Positions 1-8,491 of a stretch of 64,000 bases of DNA are shown one piece after another; the stretch's first letter is position 1; every line of letters begins with the position of its first letter. The stretch is from Lacunisphaera sp. (GTDB lineage: Bacteria; Verrucomicrobiota; Verrucomicrobiia; Opitutales; Opitutaceae): NCBI GenBank assembly GCA_041909435.1, contig JAYRDK010000013.1:55-64054 (forward strand), given 5' to 3'. The notes below the pieces were generated by a model. It did not search any database and was not told where the DNA came from. It was given only the letters and a program-made list of their open reading frames with translations. The position numbers were made by a program, and so were the translations under genes.

Positions 1-5
1 AGAGC

Positions 6-1199
6 ATGTCGAGCGCCGTCATCACGCTCGGCGAGGACGGCCGCATCCACACCTGCAACGGCGCCGGCTACCGCATCTTCAAGGTGCGCGAGGCCGAGGC
101 GATCGGCAAACCCGCCGCGGAGTTCCTCGCCGGCCCCAACGCCTGGATCCTCGACCGGCTCAAGGCCCTCGAGACCAGCGGCGCGAAGTCCGACGCCCTG
201 ATGGACGCCGAGATCGAGGTCCGCGGCGAGAAGGTGAACGTCAACGTCACCCTCCAGCCGCTCATCAGCCTCAAGGGCAAGCGGCTCGGCTCGATGCTCA
301 TGCTCGAGGACATCTCCTCCGAGAAGCGGATGAAGTCCACGATGGCGCGCTACATGGACCCGGGCCTGGCGGACCAGCTGCTCGCGGCTGGCGGCGAGGC
401 GCTCGGCGGCCAGAGCGTCGAGGCCACGATGCTCTTCTCCGACATCCGCTCCTTCACCACGCTCACCGAGGAACTCGGGGCGCAGGGCACGGTGGCGCTG
501 CTCAACGAGTATTTCACGCTCATGGTCCAGTGCATCACGCACGAGGGCGGCATGCTCGACAAGTTCATCGGCGACGCGATCATGGCCGAGTTCGGCATCC
601 CGGTGGCGCACGGCGACGATCCCGACCGCGCGATGCGCGCCGCGATCTCGATGATCACCGAGCTGCGCGCGCTCAACCAGCGCCGCGCCGCCCGGGGCCA
701 GAAGCCCGTGCTCATGGGCATCGGTCTCAACACCGACACCGTCGTCTCCGGCAACATCGGCTCGCCGAAGCGCATGGATTACACGGTCATCGGCGACGGC
801 GTGAACCTCGCCTCGCGCCTCGAGAGCGCGTGCAAGGAATACTCCGCCCAGATCCTCTGCTCGGAGGGCACCTACCGGAAGCTCAAGGGCACCTACCGGA
901 TGCGCGAGATCGACTGGGTCCAGGTGAAGGGCAAGACCGAGCCCGTCGGCGTCTACGAGGTGCTGGATTTCCACACCGAGGAGACGTTCCCCCACCTGCC
1001 GGAGGTCGTCGGGTTGTTCCGCGGCGGCCTCGGCTATTACCGCAAGGGCGAGTTCGACCGCGCCATCAAGCAGTTCCAGGAGGCGCTCGCGATGCACCCC
1101 GGCGACAAGCTCAGCGCGACCTTCATCGAGCGCTGCGAATACCTCAAGGCGCACCCGCCCGAGAAATGGGATGGCGTGTGGGTGATGAAGTCGAAGTGA
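6..1199 (+). CDS. Class III adenylate cyclase (PAS - cyclase - TPR); probably the 3' part of a gene that starts before the window
   Basis: Motifs LFSDIRSFT, DKFIGDAIMA and MDYTVIGDGVNLASRLE (Lys/Asp pair indicates ATP specificity); PAS-like N-terminus; TPR-like C-terminus (YYRKGEFDRAIKQFQEAL). Confidence 0.9.
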   Translation: MSSAVITLGEDGRIHTCNGAGYRIFKVREAEAIGKPAAEFLAGPNAWILDRLKALETSGAKSDALMDAEIEVRGEKVNVNVTLQPLISLKGKRLGSMLMLEDISSEKRMKSTMARYMDPGLADQLLAAGGEALGGQSVEATMLFSDIRSFTTLTEELGAQGTVALLNEYFTLMVQCITHEGGMLDKFIGDAIMAEFGIPVAHGDDPDRAMRAAISMITELRALNQRRAARGQKPVLMGIGLNTDTVVSGNIGSPKRMDYTVIGDGVNLASRLESACKEYSAQILCSEGTYRKLKGTYRMREIDWVQVKGKTEPVGVYEVLDFHTEETFPHLPEVVGLFRGGLGYYRKGEFDRAIKQFQEALAMHPGDKLSATFIERCEYLKAHPPEKWDGVWVMKSK

Positions 1200-1215
1200 C
1201 GCGCTTTGCGCGTCA

Positions 1216-1257
1216 CAACGTTCAACGTTCAAGGCCGAACGTTTAACTTTCAATGGC
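1216..1257. repeat. Degenerate 7-nt periodic array (CAACGTT-like x6)
   Basis: CAACGTT CAACGTT CAAGGCC GAACGTT TAACTTT CAATGGC read directly. Confidence 0.55.
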
Positions 1258-1291
1258 TTCGCGCAGCCGGTGGTTGGATGGCGGCTTGTTG

Positions 1292-1343
1292 CTGTAGGTT
1301 GCGCGCTTGCGCGCAACGTTGCGTGCAAGCACGCAACCTACAG
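1292..1343. repeat. GTAG-type REP doublet (inverted pair)
   Basis: CTGTAGGTTGCGCGCTTGCGCGCAAC followed by GTTGCGTGCAAGCACGCAACCTACAG. Confidence 0.8.
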
Positions 1344-1423
1344 AACCAATCCGCGGGACTGATGGTCCCGCCTCCAAGTCGAACCTTCGGTGTTCGAAGT
1401 CCGATGTTCCGCGCGGCGCGCGG

Positions 1424-2041
1424 TCACTCCTTCGTCTCGGCCTCGACCGGCTTGGCTTCCGGTTCATCTTCGCCCTCGGTGTCGAGCAGGCTGGGCTCCT
1501 TCCTCGTGTGCGCGACCCATTCCATGATGCCGGCGAACAGGCCGGTGAACATCAGGTCGCCGAAGAGCGTGTTGCGGAAGAAGAGGACGGTGGGCGGGTA
1601 TTCGGGGTGGCCGACCGTCAGCGCCTGCCACCAGCCGGCGAGGGTCTTGGCGTAGAAGGGGTCCGCGGCCCACGACTGCGTGTTGGTGACGAGGTAGAAG
1701 ATGATCGCGCCGAGCAGGGAGCCGTTGAGCAGGTTGAGCCAGGATTTGCGCGAGGCGACCCAGGCGCCGATGCCGATCGCGGCGGCGAAGCAGGCCGTGC
1801 GGGCGATGACGCCGCTCACCGGCCAGTGGAAGCCGTATTCCCGCGCGTAGAACCAGTTGATGTAGAGATCCGACAGGCTCAGCGCGGCGAAGGGGATGAG
1901 CCACATCCAGCGGTTGCGGAAATACACCGCGCCGCAGAAGCCGATGGCCATGACCGGCGAGAAGTTGGCGAAGGACATGTCCACCGTCGGCACCAGGCGG
2001 TAAAGCGTGGCGAGGACAATGAGGAAAAGCGCGGTGCGCAT
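1424..2041 (-). CDS. Multi-pass membrane protein, DUF6580-like putative transporter / S-component
   Basis: 205 aa from MRTALF; NFSPVMAIGFCGAVYF and FFRNTLFGDLMF motifs; 5-6 hydrophobic segments; next to the PduO gene. Confidence 0.65.
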   Translation of the reverse strand: MRTALFLIVLATLYRLVPTVDMSFANFSPVMAIGFCGAVYFRNRWMWLIPFAALSLSDLYINWFYAREYGFHWPVSGVIARTACFAAAIGIGAWVASRKSWLNLLNGSLLGAIIFYLVTNTQSWAADPFYAKTLAGWWQALTVGHPEYPPTVLFFRNTLFGDLMFTGLFAGIMEWVAHTRKEPSLLDTEGEDEPEAKPVEAETKE

Positions 2042-2085
2042 GGGATGGAAATGAGACCAATATGGACCGGGTGACAAGCGTGGTC

Positions 2086-2230
2086 TGTGCCCTACACACC
2101 CCGGCGCTGCGCGCCACCCCTCTTCATAGAGGGGACCCAATCTACGCTAGCGAGAATCCCCTCTATGAAGAGGGATTTGGGAGCCGAGGGCCTTGCGAAG
2201 GCTGCTGCCCGTAGGGCGGGGGTGTGTGAG
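2086..2230. repeat. Cluster of REP-like palindromes (BIME-like)
   Basis: Inverted pair CCCTCTTCATAGAGGGGA / TCCCCTCTATGAAGAGGG (2117-2175), each arm self-palindromic; flanked by GCCCTAC and GTAGGGC ends. Confidence 0.65.
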
Positions 2231-2234
2231 AATT

Positions 2235-2786
2235 TCAGCCTTCCGCCTCGCGGCCCATCAGCCAGAGCAGGTCGGAGAGCCGGTTGAGGTATTGCACGAG
2301 CACGGGGCGCACGCTGCGGCCCTCCTTGGGCAGGGTGATGAGCTGCCGTTCGGCGCGACGGGCCGCGGTGCGGGCGAGGTCGAGGGCGGCGGCGTGCAGG
2401 TTGGCGCCGGGCGTCGCCCAGCCGTCGAACTTCGGCGAGCGCGCCTCGATGGCGGCGACCGCCGCATCGAGCCGGTCGAGGGCGGTGGCGTCGATCTTGG
2501 CGAACTTGGATTCGTCGTAGCGGGCGGCGTTCACCTCGGCGCAGGCAACCTCGCCCATGAAGGCGACCAGTTCCTGCTGGATGCGCGCGAGCTCGGCCGG
2601 GCTCGCGCCGGCGGGGCGGGTGGCCTTGGCGAAGCCGAGGGCGGCGTTCAACTCGTCGAGCGCGCCGACCGCGGCGATCTGCGGGTGGTCCTTGGGCACG
2701 CGCTGGCCGTAGAGCAGGGCCGTGGTGCCGTCGTCACCGGTGCGGGTGGCGATGGAGCGGGGCGGGGGCTGCGGGTTGTCGGCCAT
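2235..2786 (-). CDS. pduO: PduO-type ATP:cob(I)alamin adenosyltransferase
   Basis: TRTGDDGTT and GALDELNAALG motifs; RRAER and YLNRLSDLLW C-terminal motifs. Confidence 0.93.
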   Translation of the reverse strand: MADNPQPPPRSIATRTGDDGTTALLYGQRVPKDHPQIAAVGALDELNAALGFAKATRPAGASPAELARIQQELVAFMGEVACAEVNAARYDESKFAKIDATALDRLDAAVAAIEARSPKFDGWATPGANLHAAALDLARTAARRAERQLITLPKEGRSVRPVLVQYLNRLSDLLWLMGREAEG

Positions 2787-2880
2787 GGCGGGGGGAAGTG
2801 AGAGGGAGAGAGAAAGTGAGAGGGGCGGTGTTATGGAACGGGGAAGGCGCCGGTGGATTGGTCCACTTTCACTCTCACCC

Positions 2881-3447
2881 TCACTGCTTCGCCGCCTCGC
2901 GGGTTTGCTTCTTGAGCGCCTTGAGCTCCTGGTCGATGGCGGTGAGCACGTCCTTCTCCATCCGGTCGATGTAGAGGACGCCGTTCAGGTGATCGACCTC
3001 GTGCTGCACGCAGCGGGACAACAGCCCCGTGCAACGCAGGACATGGGGATGACCGGCCGTGTCCTGGAATTTCACCGTGATCTCGTCCGGCCGCACCACG
3101 TCGCCGCGGATCTGGGGGAAGGAGAGGCACCCTTCCTCATAGACGGTCGTCGGTTTCGGCACGGCGGTGACCTCGGGGTTGATCAGGGCCAGCGGCATGA
3201 AGAGCTCCAGCGGCGGGCGGGTGCCGTCGTATTCCCAGGCAAACTCCGCCTCGGAGGGCCGGAGGTCGATGACACAGAGCTGAATGGCTTGGCCGATCTG
3301 CTGGGCGGCGAGGCCGATGCCCTCCGCCGCATGCATGGTTTCGACCATGTCATGGGCGAGCCGCGTCAGCGCCGCGTCAAACACGGTCACCTTCGCGCCT
3401 TTTTTGCGGAGGATGGGCTCATTAAAGCGAACTATTTTCAGGGCCAT
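2881..3447 (-). CDS. def: Peptide deformylase
   Basis: GIGLAAQQIG, EGCLS and QHEVDHLNG motifs; start placed at MALKIV. Confidence 0.97.
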   Translation of the reverse strand: MALKIVRFNEPILRKKGAKVTVFDAALTRLAHDMVETMHAAEGIGLAAQQIGQAIQLCVIDLRPSEAEFAWEYDGTRPPLELFMPLALINPEVTAVPKPTTVYEEGCLSFPQIRGDVVRPDEITVKFQDTAGHPHVLRCTGLLSRCVQHEVDHLNGVLYIDRMEKDVLTAIDQELKALKKQTREAAKQ

Positions 3448-3521
3448 GGGTCTTTGAAAGCACAGCGTATTTCCCCGGCCGGGGAGCCGCAAATAAATTT
3501 GTTTCCCCCCGTCCGTCTGTT

Positions 3522-5186
3522 ATGAACCAACCCATGCATCCGCCCGACTTCGCTTCCGGCGCCCGCGCCGCCATGTGGCAGGTGTGGCTGGCGTTGGGCG
3601 GCGGGTTGCTGCTGCTGGCCTGGCTCCTGCCGGTGAACGTGAAGTCGCTCAACCCCGCGCTGCTGCGCGAGGCCGGCCGCGACACCCCGAGCGTGTCGGG
3701 TTTCGGCCGGGAACTGCTCGAGCTCGACAAGCCCGGCCCGGCCGCCCTCGCCCTTGAGACGGCGAGGAAGGTCGGTGATCCCGGCGCTTCCGCCCTCGGC
3801 GTTGTCTATGGTAATTTTGCGCAGAAGCACCGCGAGATGATGCCGTGGGGCGGCTGGGACATCGCGCTGGAGCCGCTGCTCGGCAGCCGCAATGCCGCGT
3901 CCTCCGCCGACTCGCAGCCGGTGCTCAGCTTCATGGCGACGGAGCAGGCCCGCGAGAACCTGCGGCGCTACCTCACGGTCTCGCGCTTACCCGGCGTGCA
4001 AACGCTGCTCAAGACCGCCGAGCTCGGCTCGACGGAGCGTTTCGTGCCCGCCAACCGGCCCGGCGGCCAGCCGCTCGACGCGGTCATCCTGCTCACCGCC
4101 TATCTGTGGCAGACCGAGCACCTCTCGTCCGGCCTCCAGCGCGAGGTGCGGGTGCTCGCCGAGACCGCGTTGCGCACGGGCCAGATGGGCGAGCTGGAGG
4201 ACTTTTACCTGGATATCCTGACCCTCGGCCGGCGGTTGAACTGGGTGCAGCTCTCGGAGCTGCTGCGCACGACCGGCAGCCTCGGCACGGCGGCACAGTT
4301 CGCCCACTTGGCGCGCGTTGCGCCGGAGCACCTGCCGGTCATCTACACCGCCGCGCTCATGACCAAGTCGGCGGACCGCGTGGCGCACTACCTCATCGCC
4401 TTCGGGCAACCCGGCGCGGAGCACCTGCAGCTGGCTTTGTCCCACGGGCAGGGCGCCGTCGAGCAGCTGGTCCAGCGCCAGGCGCCGGTCACGCGCAGCT
4501 CCGGCCCGGAGTTTGAGTTCGGGGCGGGCTTCACGCTGCGGTATCCGGAGCTGGCGCTCCTGACCAAGTATGCGGCCTTCCTGGGCGGCATTTTCCTGCT
4601 GCTGCGCTCGGTGGACCTGCGGCTTTTCCGGTCGGTCGAGTCGACGCTGCGCGGCGCCTTCCCCAGGATGGGCAGCGGCATCATCGCGGCCATCCTGACC
4701 TTCATCTTCTTCGTGTTCTCCGAGCCCTCGCTGCTCAGGGCCGCCCCGGCCTCCGAATACCAGATCAAGCTTACCATCCCCGTCATCGGCACCCTCGCGG
4801 CGCCGGCCGCCACCGCCTCAACCACACCCACCACCATGGACATCTCCACCATCGCCTCGATCCTCGCCTTCGCCGCCCTGCAGGTCGGCATGTATGTCAT
4901 CTGCCTGCTGAAAATCTCCGAGATCGCCCGGCAGGGGGTGCCCGCCGCCACCAAGCTGCGGCTGATGGAGAACGAGGAGAACCTCTTTGACGGCGGCCTC
5001 TACATCGGCATCGCCGGCACGGCCACCGCGCTGGTGCTGCAGGTGATCGGCTGGATCGACGCCAACCTGCTCGCCGCCTACTCGTCCAACCTCTTCGGCA
5101 TCGTCTGCGTGGCGCTGGTCAAGATCCGCCACGTCCGCCCCTACAAGCGCCAGCTCATCATCGAGGTGCAGTCCGGCACCGCCTGA
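3522..5186 (+). CDS. Membrane protein with large extracytoplasmic domain and C-terminal MotA/TolQ/ExbB-like helices
   Basis: 554 aa; several TM segments; C-terminal GLYIGIAGT ... AAYSSNLFGI resembles the ExbB/MotA channel helices. Confidence 0.55.
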   Translation: MNQPMHPPDFASGARAAMWQVWLALGGGLLLLAWLLPVNVKSLNPALLREAGRDTPSVSGFGRELLELDKPGPAALALETARKVGDPGASALGVVYGNFAQKHREMMPWGGWDIALEPLLGSRNAASSADSQPVLSFMATEQARENLRRYLTVSRLPGVQTLLKTAELGSTERFVPANRPGGQPLDAVILLTAYLWQTEHLSSGLQREVRVLAETALRTGQMGELEDFYLDILTLGRRLNWVQLSELLRTTGSLGTAAQFAHLARVAPEHLPVIYTAALMTKSADRVAHYLIAFGQPGAEHLQLALSHGQGAVEQLVQRQAPVTRSSGPEFEFGAGFTLRYPELALLTKYAAFLGGIFLLLRSVDLRLFRSVESTLRGAFPRMGSGIIAAILTFIFFVFSEPSLLRAAPASEYQIKLTIPVIGTLAAPAATASTTPTTMDISTIASILAFAALQVGMYVICLLKISEIARQGVPAATKLRLMENEENLFDGGLYIGIAGTATALVLQVIGWIDANLLAAYSSNLFGIVCVALVKIRHVRPYKRQLIIEVQSGTA

Positions 5187-5197
5187 GGACCCGCGCC

Positions 5198-6586
5198 ATG
5201 AACAAGACGCTCCTATTGATCATGTGCGACTTCATGTTGCTCAATCTCCTGGCGCTCACGCGCTGGGAGAAGGCCGAGCCGACGCACACCCAGCTGGAGA
5301 CCGCCGCGCCGCGGTCCGCCGCCAACGCCCCGGCGATCAACGCCGACATGGTCGAGCTCATGCGCATCTCCCTCGAGGACGAGAAGGCCTCGCGCCAGTC
5401 GCTCGCCGCCCAGCTCGCCAGCACCTCGGGCTCGCTCGCCGAGCGCGAGAAGAACCTCGCCGCCCTGCAGACGCAGAAGGGCCAGATCGAGCGCACGCTC
5501 GCGGCCACCCAGACCAGCGTGAAGGAGCTGGAGCAGCGCTACACCGCCACGTCCCAGGAGGCGTCGATGTCCCGGGAGCAGCTGGCCAAGCTCCAGCGCG
5601 AGCTGGAGGAGCAGAAGGCCGAGGCCGAGCGCCAGCGCGCCGAGCTCGCCCGTGCCGAGCGGCAGAACGCCGAGGCCCGCCAGCGCATCGAGAACCTCAA
5701 CGTCGCCGTGAAGGTGGCCGAGCAGGAGAAGCAGCTCATCGCGCAGAACCTCACCGAGGCCAAGCAGCAGGTCGAGGTCGAGCGCGCCGAGCGGGTCAAG
5801 GTGCAGGAGCAGACCACCCAGCTCGCGCAGGGCGTCGGCCAGCTGGCCGAGAAGTCCGGCGAGCTCAGCCAGGAGATCCGCACCAACCGTCCGGTGAACC
5901 CCAACCTCATCTTCAGCGACTTCCAGGCCAACCGCGTCGCCACCCGGCTCACCGCGCGCAAGCCCGGGCTCTTCAGCCCGACGGTGAAGGAGAAGGACAC
6001 CCAGACCATCCTGGTGAGCGACGGCAACCGCACCTACGCGCTCATGCACCTGAGCGACACGCCGTTCACGCTGGTGGAGACCCCGGCCGACTATGACCGC
6101 GTGGTGGGCACGCTCAGCCGCGGGTCGTTCAACGCCCCGGTCGGCGCGCTGCACTTCCTCCGCCTCGACCCGCGCATCATCGTGGTGCCGGTGGACGACT
6201 CGCTCGCCGCGCTGATGGGCGCGAAGATCTACTCGCTCGCCAAGGAGCCCTTCAAGTTCCCCGAGGCGGTCCTCGTGCGCGCCGACGACGGCCGCTACGG
6301 CGAGACGCCGCTGCGCATCGACCCCGCGAGTAATTCCTACGTGAAGCTCGACAACCGGATCGTCACGCGGCTCTTCGGCGAGATCGCGCCCAAGCGCGGC
6401 GACCTTGTTTTCAGCAAGACCGGCGACCTGATCGGCATGATGGTCAACAGCGAGTATTGCGCCGTGCTCGGTGACTTCACCGCCCTGCACACGCTGGCGG
6501 CCGGCGAGAGCATCGGCCCCGGCACGCGCGGCATCATCGCCGACCTGCAGGCCCGGGTGATGCGGCTGCCGGCGAAGCTCCAGTAA
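5198..6586 (+). CDS. Single-TM protein (Asp in TM) with long coiled coil and degenerate trypsin-like C-terminal domain
   Basis: MNKTLLLIMCDFMLLNLLAL N-terminus; E/Q/K/R/A-rich heptad region of about 190 aa; GDLVFSKTGDLIGMMV resembles the trypsin-fold C-terminal strands but lacks the GxSGG serine. Confidence 0.55.
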   Translation: MNKTLLLIMCDFMLLNLLALTRWEKAEPTHTQLETAAPRSAANAPAINADMVELMRISLEDEKASRQSLAAQLASTSGSLAEREKNLAALQTQKGQIERTLAATQTSVKELEQRYTATSQEASMSREQLAKLQRELEEQKAEAERQRAELARAERQNAEARQRIENLNVAVKVAEQEKQLIAQNLTEAKQQVEVERAERVKVQEQTTQLAQGVGQLAEKSGELSQEIRTNRPVNPNLIFSDFQANRVATRLTARKPGLFSPTVKEKDTQTILVSDGNRTYALMHLSDTPFTLVETPADYDRVVGTLSRGSFNAPVGALHFLRLDPRIIVVPVDDSLAALMGAKIYSLAKEPFKFPEAVLVRADDGRYGETPLRIDPASNSYVKLDNRIVTRLFGEIAPKRGDLVFSKTGDLIGMMVNSEYCAVLGDFTALHTLAAGESIGPGTRGIIADLQARVMRLPAKLQ

Positions 6587-6673
6587 GCGGGAAGGTCCTG
6601 GCGGCGGTCGATGGGCCGCCGCAACCGGCCACACCGCTGTTTACAGGCGGACTGATTCCCGCCAATCAGGGGC

Positions 6674-7711
6674 GTGCTTCCCCAACTGCTCGACTCGCTC
6701 GCGCTGTCCGACCCTTGGACCTACCTGGTGGTCTTTCTCGGCGTGTCGCTGCTCATGCTCTGGCGGCTGGAGGCGATGCTGGACCACGGGCTTGAGGGCA
6801 CGGCCCTCGGCACGCTGCTGCTGCCCTATTGCTCGGGGCTGGGGAACCTGATCTTCGTCGCCATCATGGTCTCGCGGAACGGCGCGCCCGGCGAGGTGAT
6901 GACCAACTGCCTCGTCAACAATGTCACCAACCTCACGCTGCTCCTCGGCGTGCCGGCGCTGTGCTGGGGCCTGGCCGTGCTGCCGGCCGGGGCCAAGGCG
7001 GCCGGCGGCAAGGGCAAGAAACCCGCCAAACCGGCCAAGGCCGCCAAGGCGGCGAAGGGCGGCGGCCTCGAGGGCCAGCTCAACCGGCTGTCGCTGCTGC
7101 TCACCCTGACGGCCGTGGTGTTCTTCACCGGCACGGTCTGGGCGCTCGGCGGCGACGGAAAGCTGGACCGCACGGACGGGACGGTGCTCATCGGGCTGTT
7201 CCTCTTCTGGCAGTGTTTCCAGGTGTTCGACGTGATGAAGCACAACCTGCGGTCGAAGGTCTCGTTCGGCTGGATGTTTTATGTGGACGCCCTCCTGGTG
7301 CTGGCCTGCGCCTACTTCATGTATGAGTCGATCGACTGGCTCGTGACCTGGCTGATGGCGCAGAAGGGCGGTTTTGTCAGCGCGGCCAACCTCGGCTGGC
7401 TCACCGGCTGGCTGATGGTGCTGCCCAACGCCGTGCTGGCGCTCTACTGGGGCTGGAAGCGCCGGGCGGACGTGGTCTACAGCTCGCAGGTGGGTGACGG
7501 ACACATCTGCATCCCGCTTTGCCTGGGCCTGTTCGCGCTGGTGAAGCCGCTGCCGATGGCCGGGTTCAGCTCCACGGCGCTGGCGATGTTGCTCGGCGTC
7601 GCGGGCCTGCATGCGGTCTTCCTGCTGTTCGCCGGCGGTCTGCCGCGCTGGGCCGGCGGCGTGCTGGTCGCGGGCTACGGGTGGTTTGTTTACGCCGGCC
7701 TGCTGGCCTGA
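6674..7711 (+). CDS. Divergent CaCA (sodium/calcium exchanger) family membrane protein
   Basis: About 10 TM segments in two repeats (CSGLGNL...NNVTNL; LMVLPNA...QVGDGHICI); GTG start. Confidence 0.7.
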   Translation: MLPQLLDSLALSDPWTYLVVFLGVSLLMLWRLEAMLDHGLEGTALGTLLLPYCSGLGNLIFVAIMVSRNGAPGEVMTNCLVNNVTNLTLLLGVPALCWGLAVLPAGAKAAGGKGKKPAKPAKAAKAAKGGGLEGQLNRLSLLLTLTAVVFFTGTVWALGGDGKLDRTDGTVLIGLFLFWQCFQVFDVMKHNLRSKVSFGWMFYVDALLVLACAYFMYESIDWLVTWLMAQKGGFVSAANLGWLTGWLMVLPNAVLALYWGWKRRADVVYSSQVGDGHICIPLCLGLFALVKPLPMAGFSSTALAMLLGVAGLHAVFLLFAGGLPRWAGGVLVAGYGWFVYAGLLA

Positions 7712-7715
7712 GGCG

Positions 7716-7917
7716 TTTAACCACTAATGGATTTCGCCAAAGGCGAAATCCACTTGGTCCCCTCCGCCTGATCGGCTTCGGTATTGATCCAAGGGGACTG
7801 CTGATCGCAGTCCGGGCATACTGCCGGCGATAAGCCGGCCCCTGTTTTATTCCGGAGCCGATCAGGCGGAGGCGTGAATCAAAATTTCGCCTTTGGCGAA
7901 ATTCATTAGCGGTTAAA
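7716..7917. mobile_element. About 200-bp MITE-like element with long nested inverted repeats
   Basis: TTTAACCACTAATGGATTTCGCCAAAGGCGAAAT versus reverse complement of ATTTCGCCTTTGGCGAAATTCATTAGCGGTTAAA (34 bp, 2 mismatches); inner IR CTCCGCCTGATCGGCTTCGG / CCGGAGCCGATCAGGCGGAG; no coding signal. Confidence 0.7.
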
Positions 7918-7928
7918 TCACCCGGCAC

Positions 7929-8345
7929 TCACTCCAGCGGATCGGCCCGGAACTTCGCGCTCAGCTCGACGAAGGGTTTCTGCGCCTCGAGCCATTTCGG
8001 ATCGCGACGGATGTCCTGCATGGACTTGGTCGTGTGGTTGCAGAAGAGGTAGGAGGCGGGACCGAGGCGGATGCAGGCATCGAAATGCGTGCCGTGGGCG
8101 CCCTGCACGAACTCGAAGTCGCCGACGACCATCTTGCGCGCCTCCATCTCGGCCTGGAGCGGGGCGATGTCCTTCTTGAAATTTGCCTGGTAGAGGTCGA
8201 CGCGCGGGCCGTCGTAGGCCAGCACAGCCCCGGCGTCACGGGCGAGTTTCACCAGCACCCACTCGTTGAAGACGGGCTGGGTGTAGAGAGCCTTCATCTT
8301 GGCGAAGGCCTGGAGGATGGCCACGTGGGCGTCGGGGAGATTCAT
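7929..8345 (-). CDS. Hypothetical protein (138 aa)
   Basis: ORF with host-like codon usage; no motif recognised. Confidence 0.75.
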   Translation of the reverse strand: MNLPDAHVAILQAFAKMKALYTQPVFNEWVLVKLARDAGAVLAYDGPRVDLYQANFKKDIAPLQAEMEARKMVVGDFEFVQGAHGTHFDACIRLGPASYLFCNHTTKSMQDIRRDPKWLEAQKPFVELSAKFRADPLE

Positions 8346-8436
8346 GGGCGGTGTGACCTGTGTTTTTGGTCAACGTTCAGGCCGAGGCCAGCAGATTGTG
8401 GCGGGATGGCGGGATTTACGGGTCGATGACGGAAAC

Positions 8437-8491
8437 GGCCGGGCGCGTTATGCCTGACGCGCCGCGGCGGATTACGGATAATCCGCCCTAC
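8437..8491. repeat. GTAG-type REP overlapping the DUF1080 stop codon
   Basis: Minus strand reads GTAGGGCGGATTATCCGTAATCCGCC; its TAG is the stop at 8488-8490. Confidence 0.7.

Noticed and set aside
2042-2234. Cobalamin riboswitch upstream of the DUF6580-like gene
   Set aside because: No B12-box or GGGAA/GCCACTG-type motifs recognised on the minus strand; the region is explained by REP palindromes. An Infernal scan would be decisive.
5500-5900. Tandem DNA repeats in the coiled-coil gene
   Set aside because: Similarity reflects E/Q/A/R codon bias of a coiled coil, not discrete repeat units.
5198-6586. Active serine protease
   Set aside because: No GxSGG nucleophile motif (reads PKRGD); only the fold-like strand pattern remains.
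3522-6586. Zorya anti-phage system
   Set aside because: Gene 2 has no OmpA-like domain, no zorC/D/E neighbours are present, and codon usage is core-like; kept only as a mechanistic analogy.
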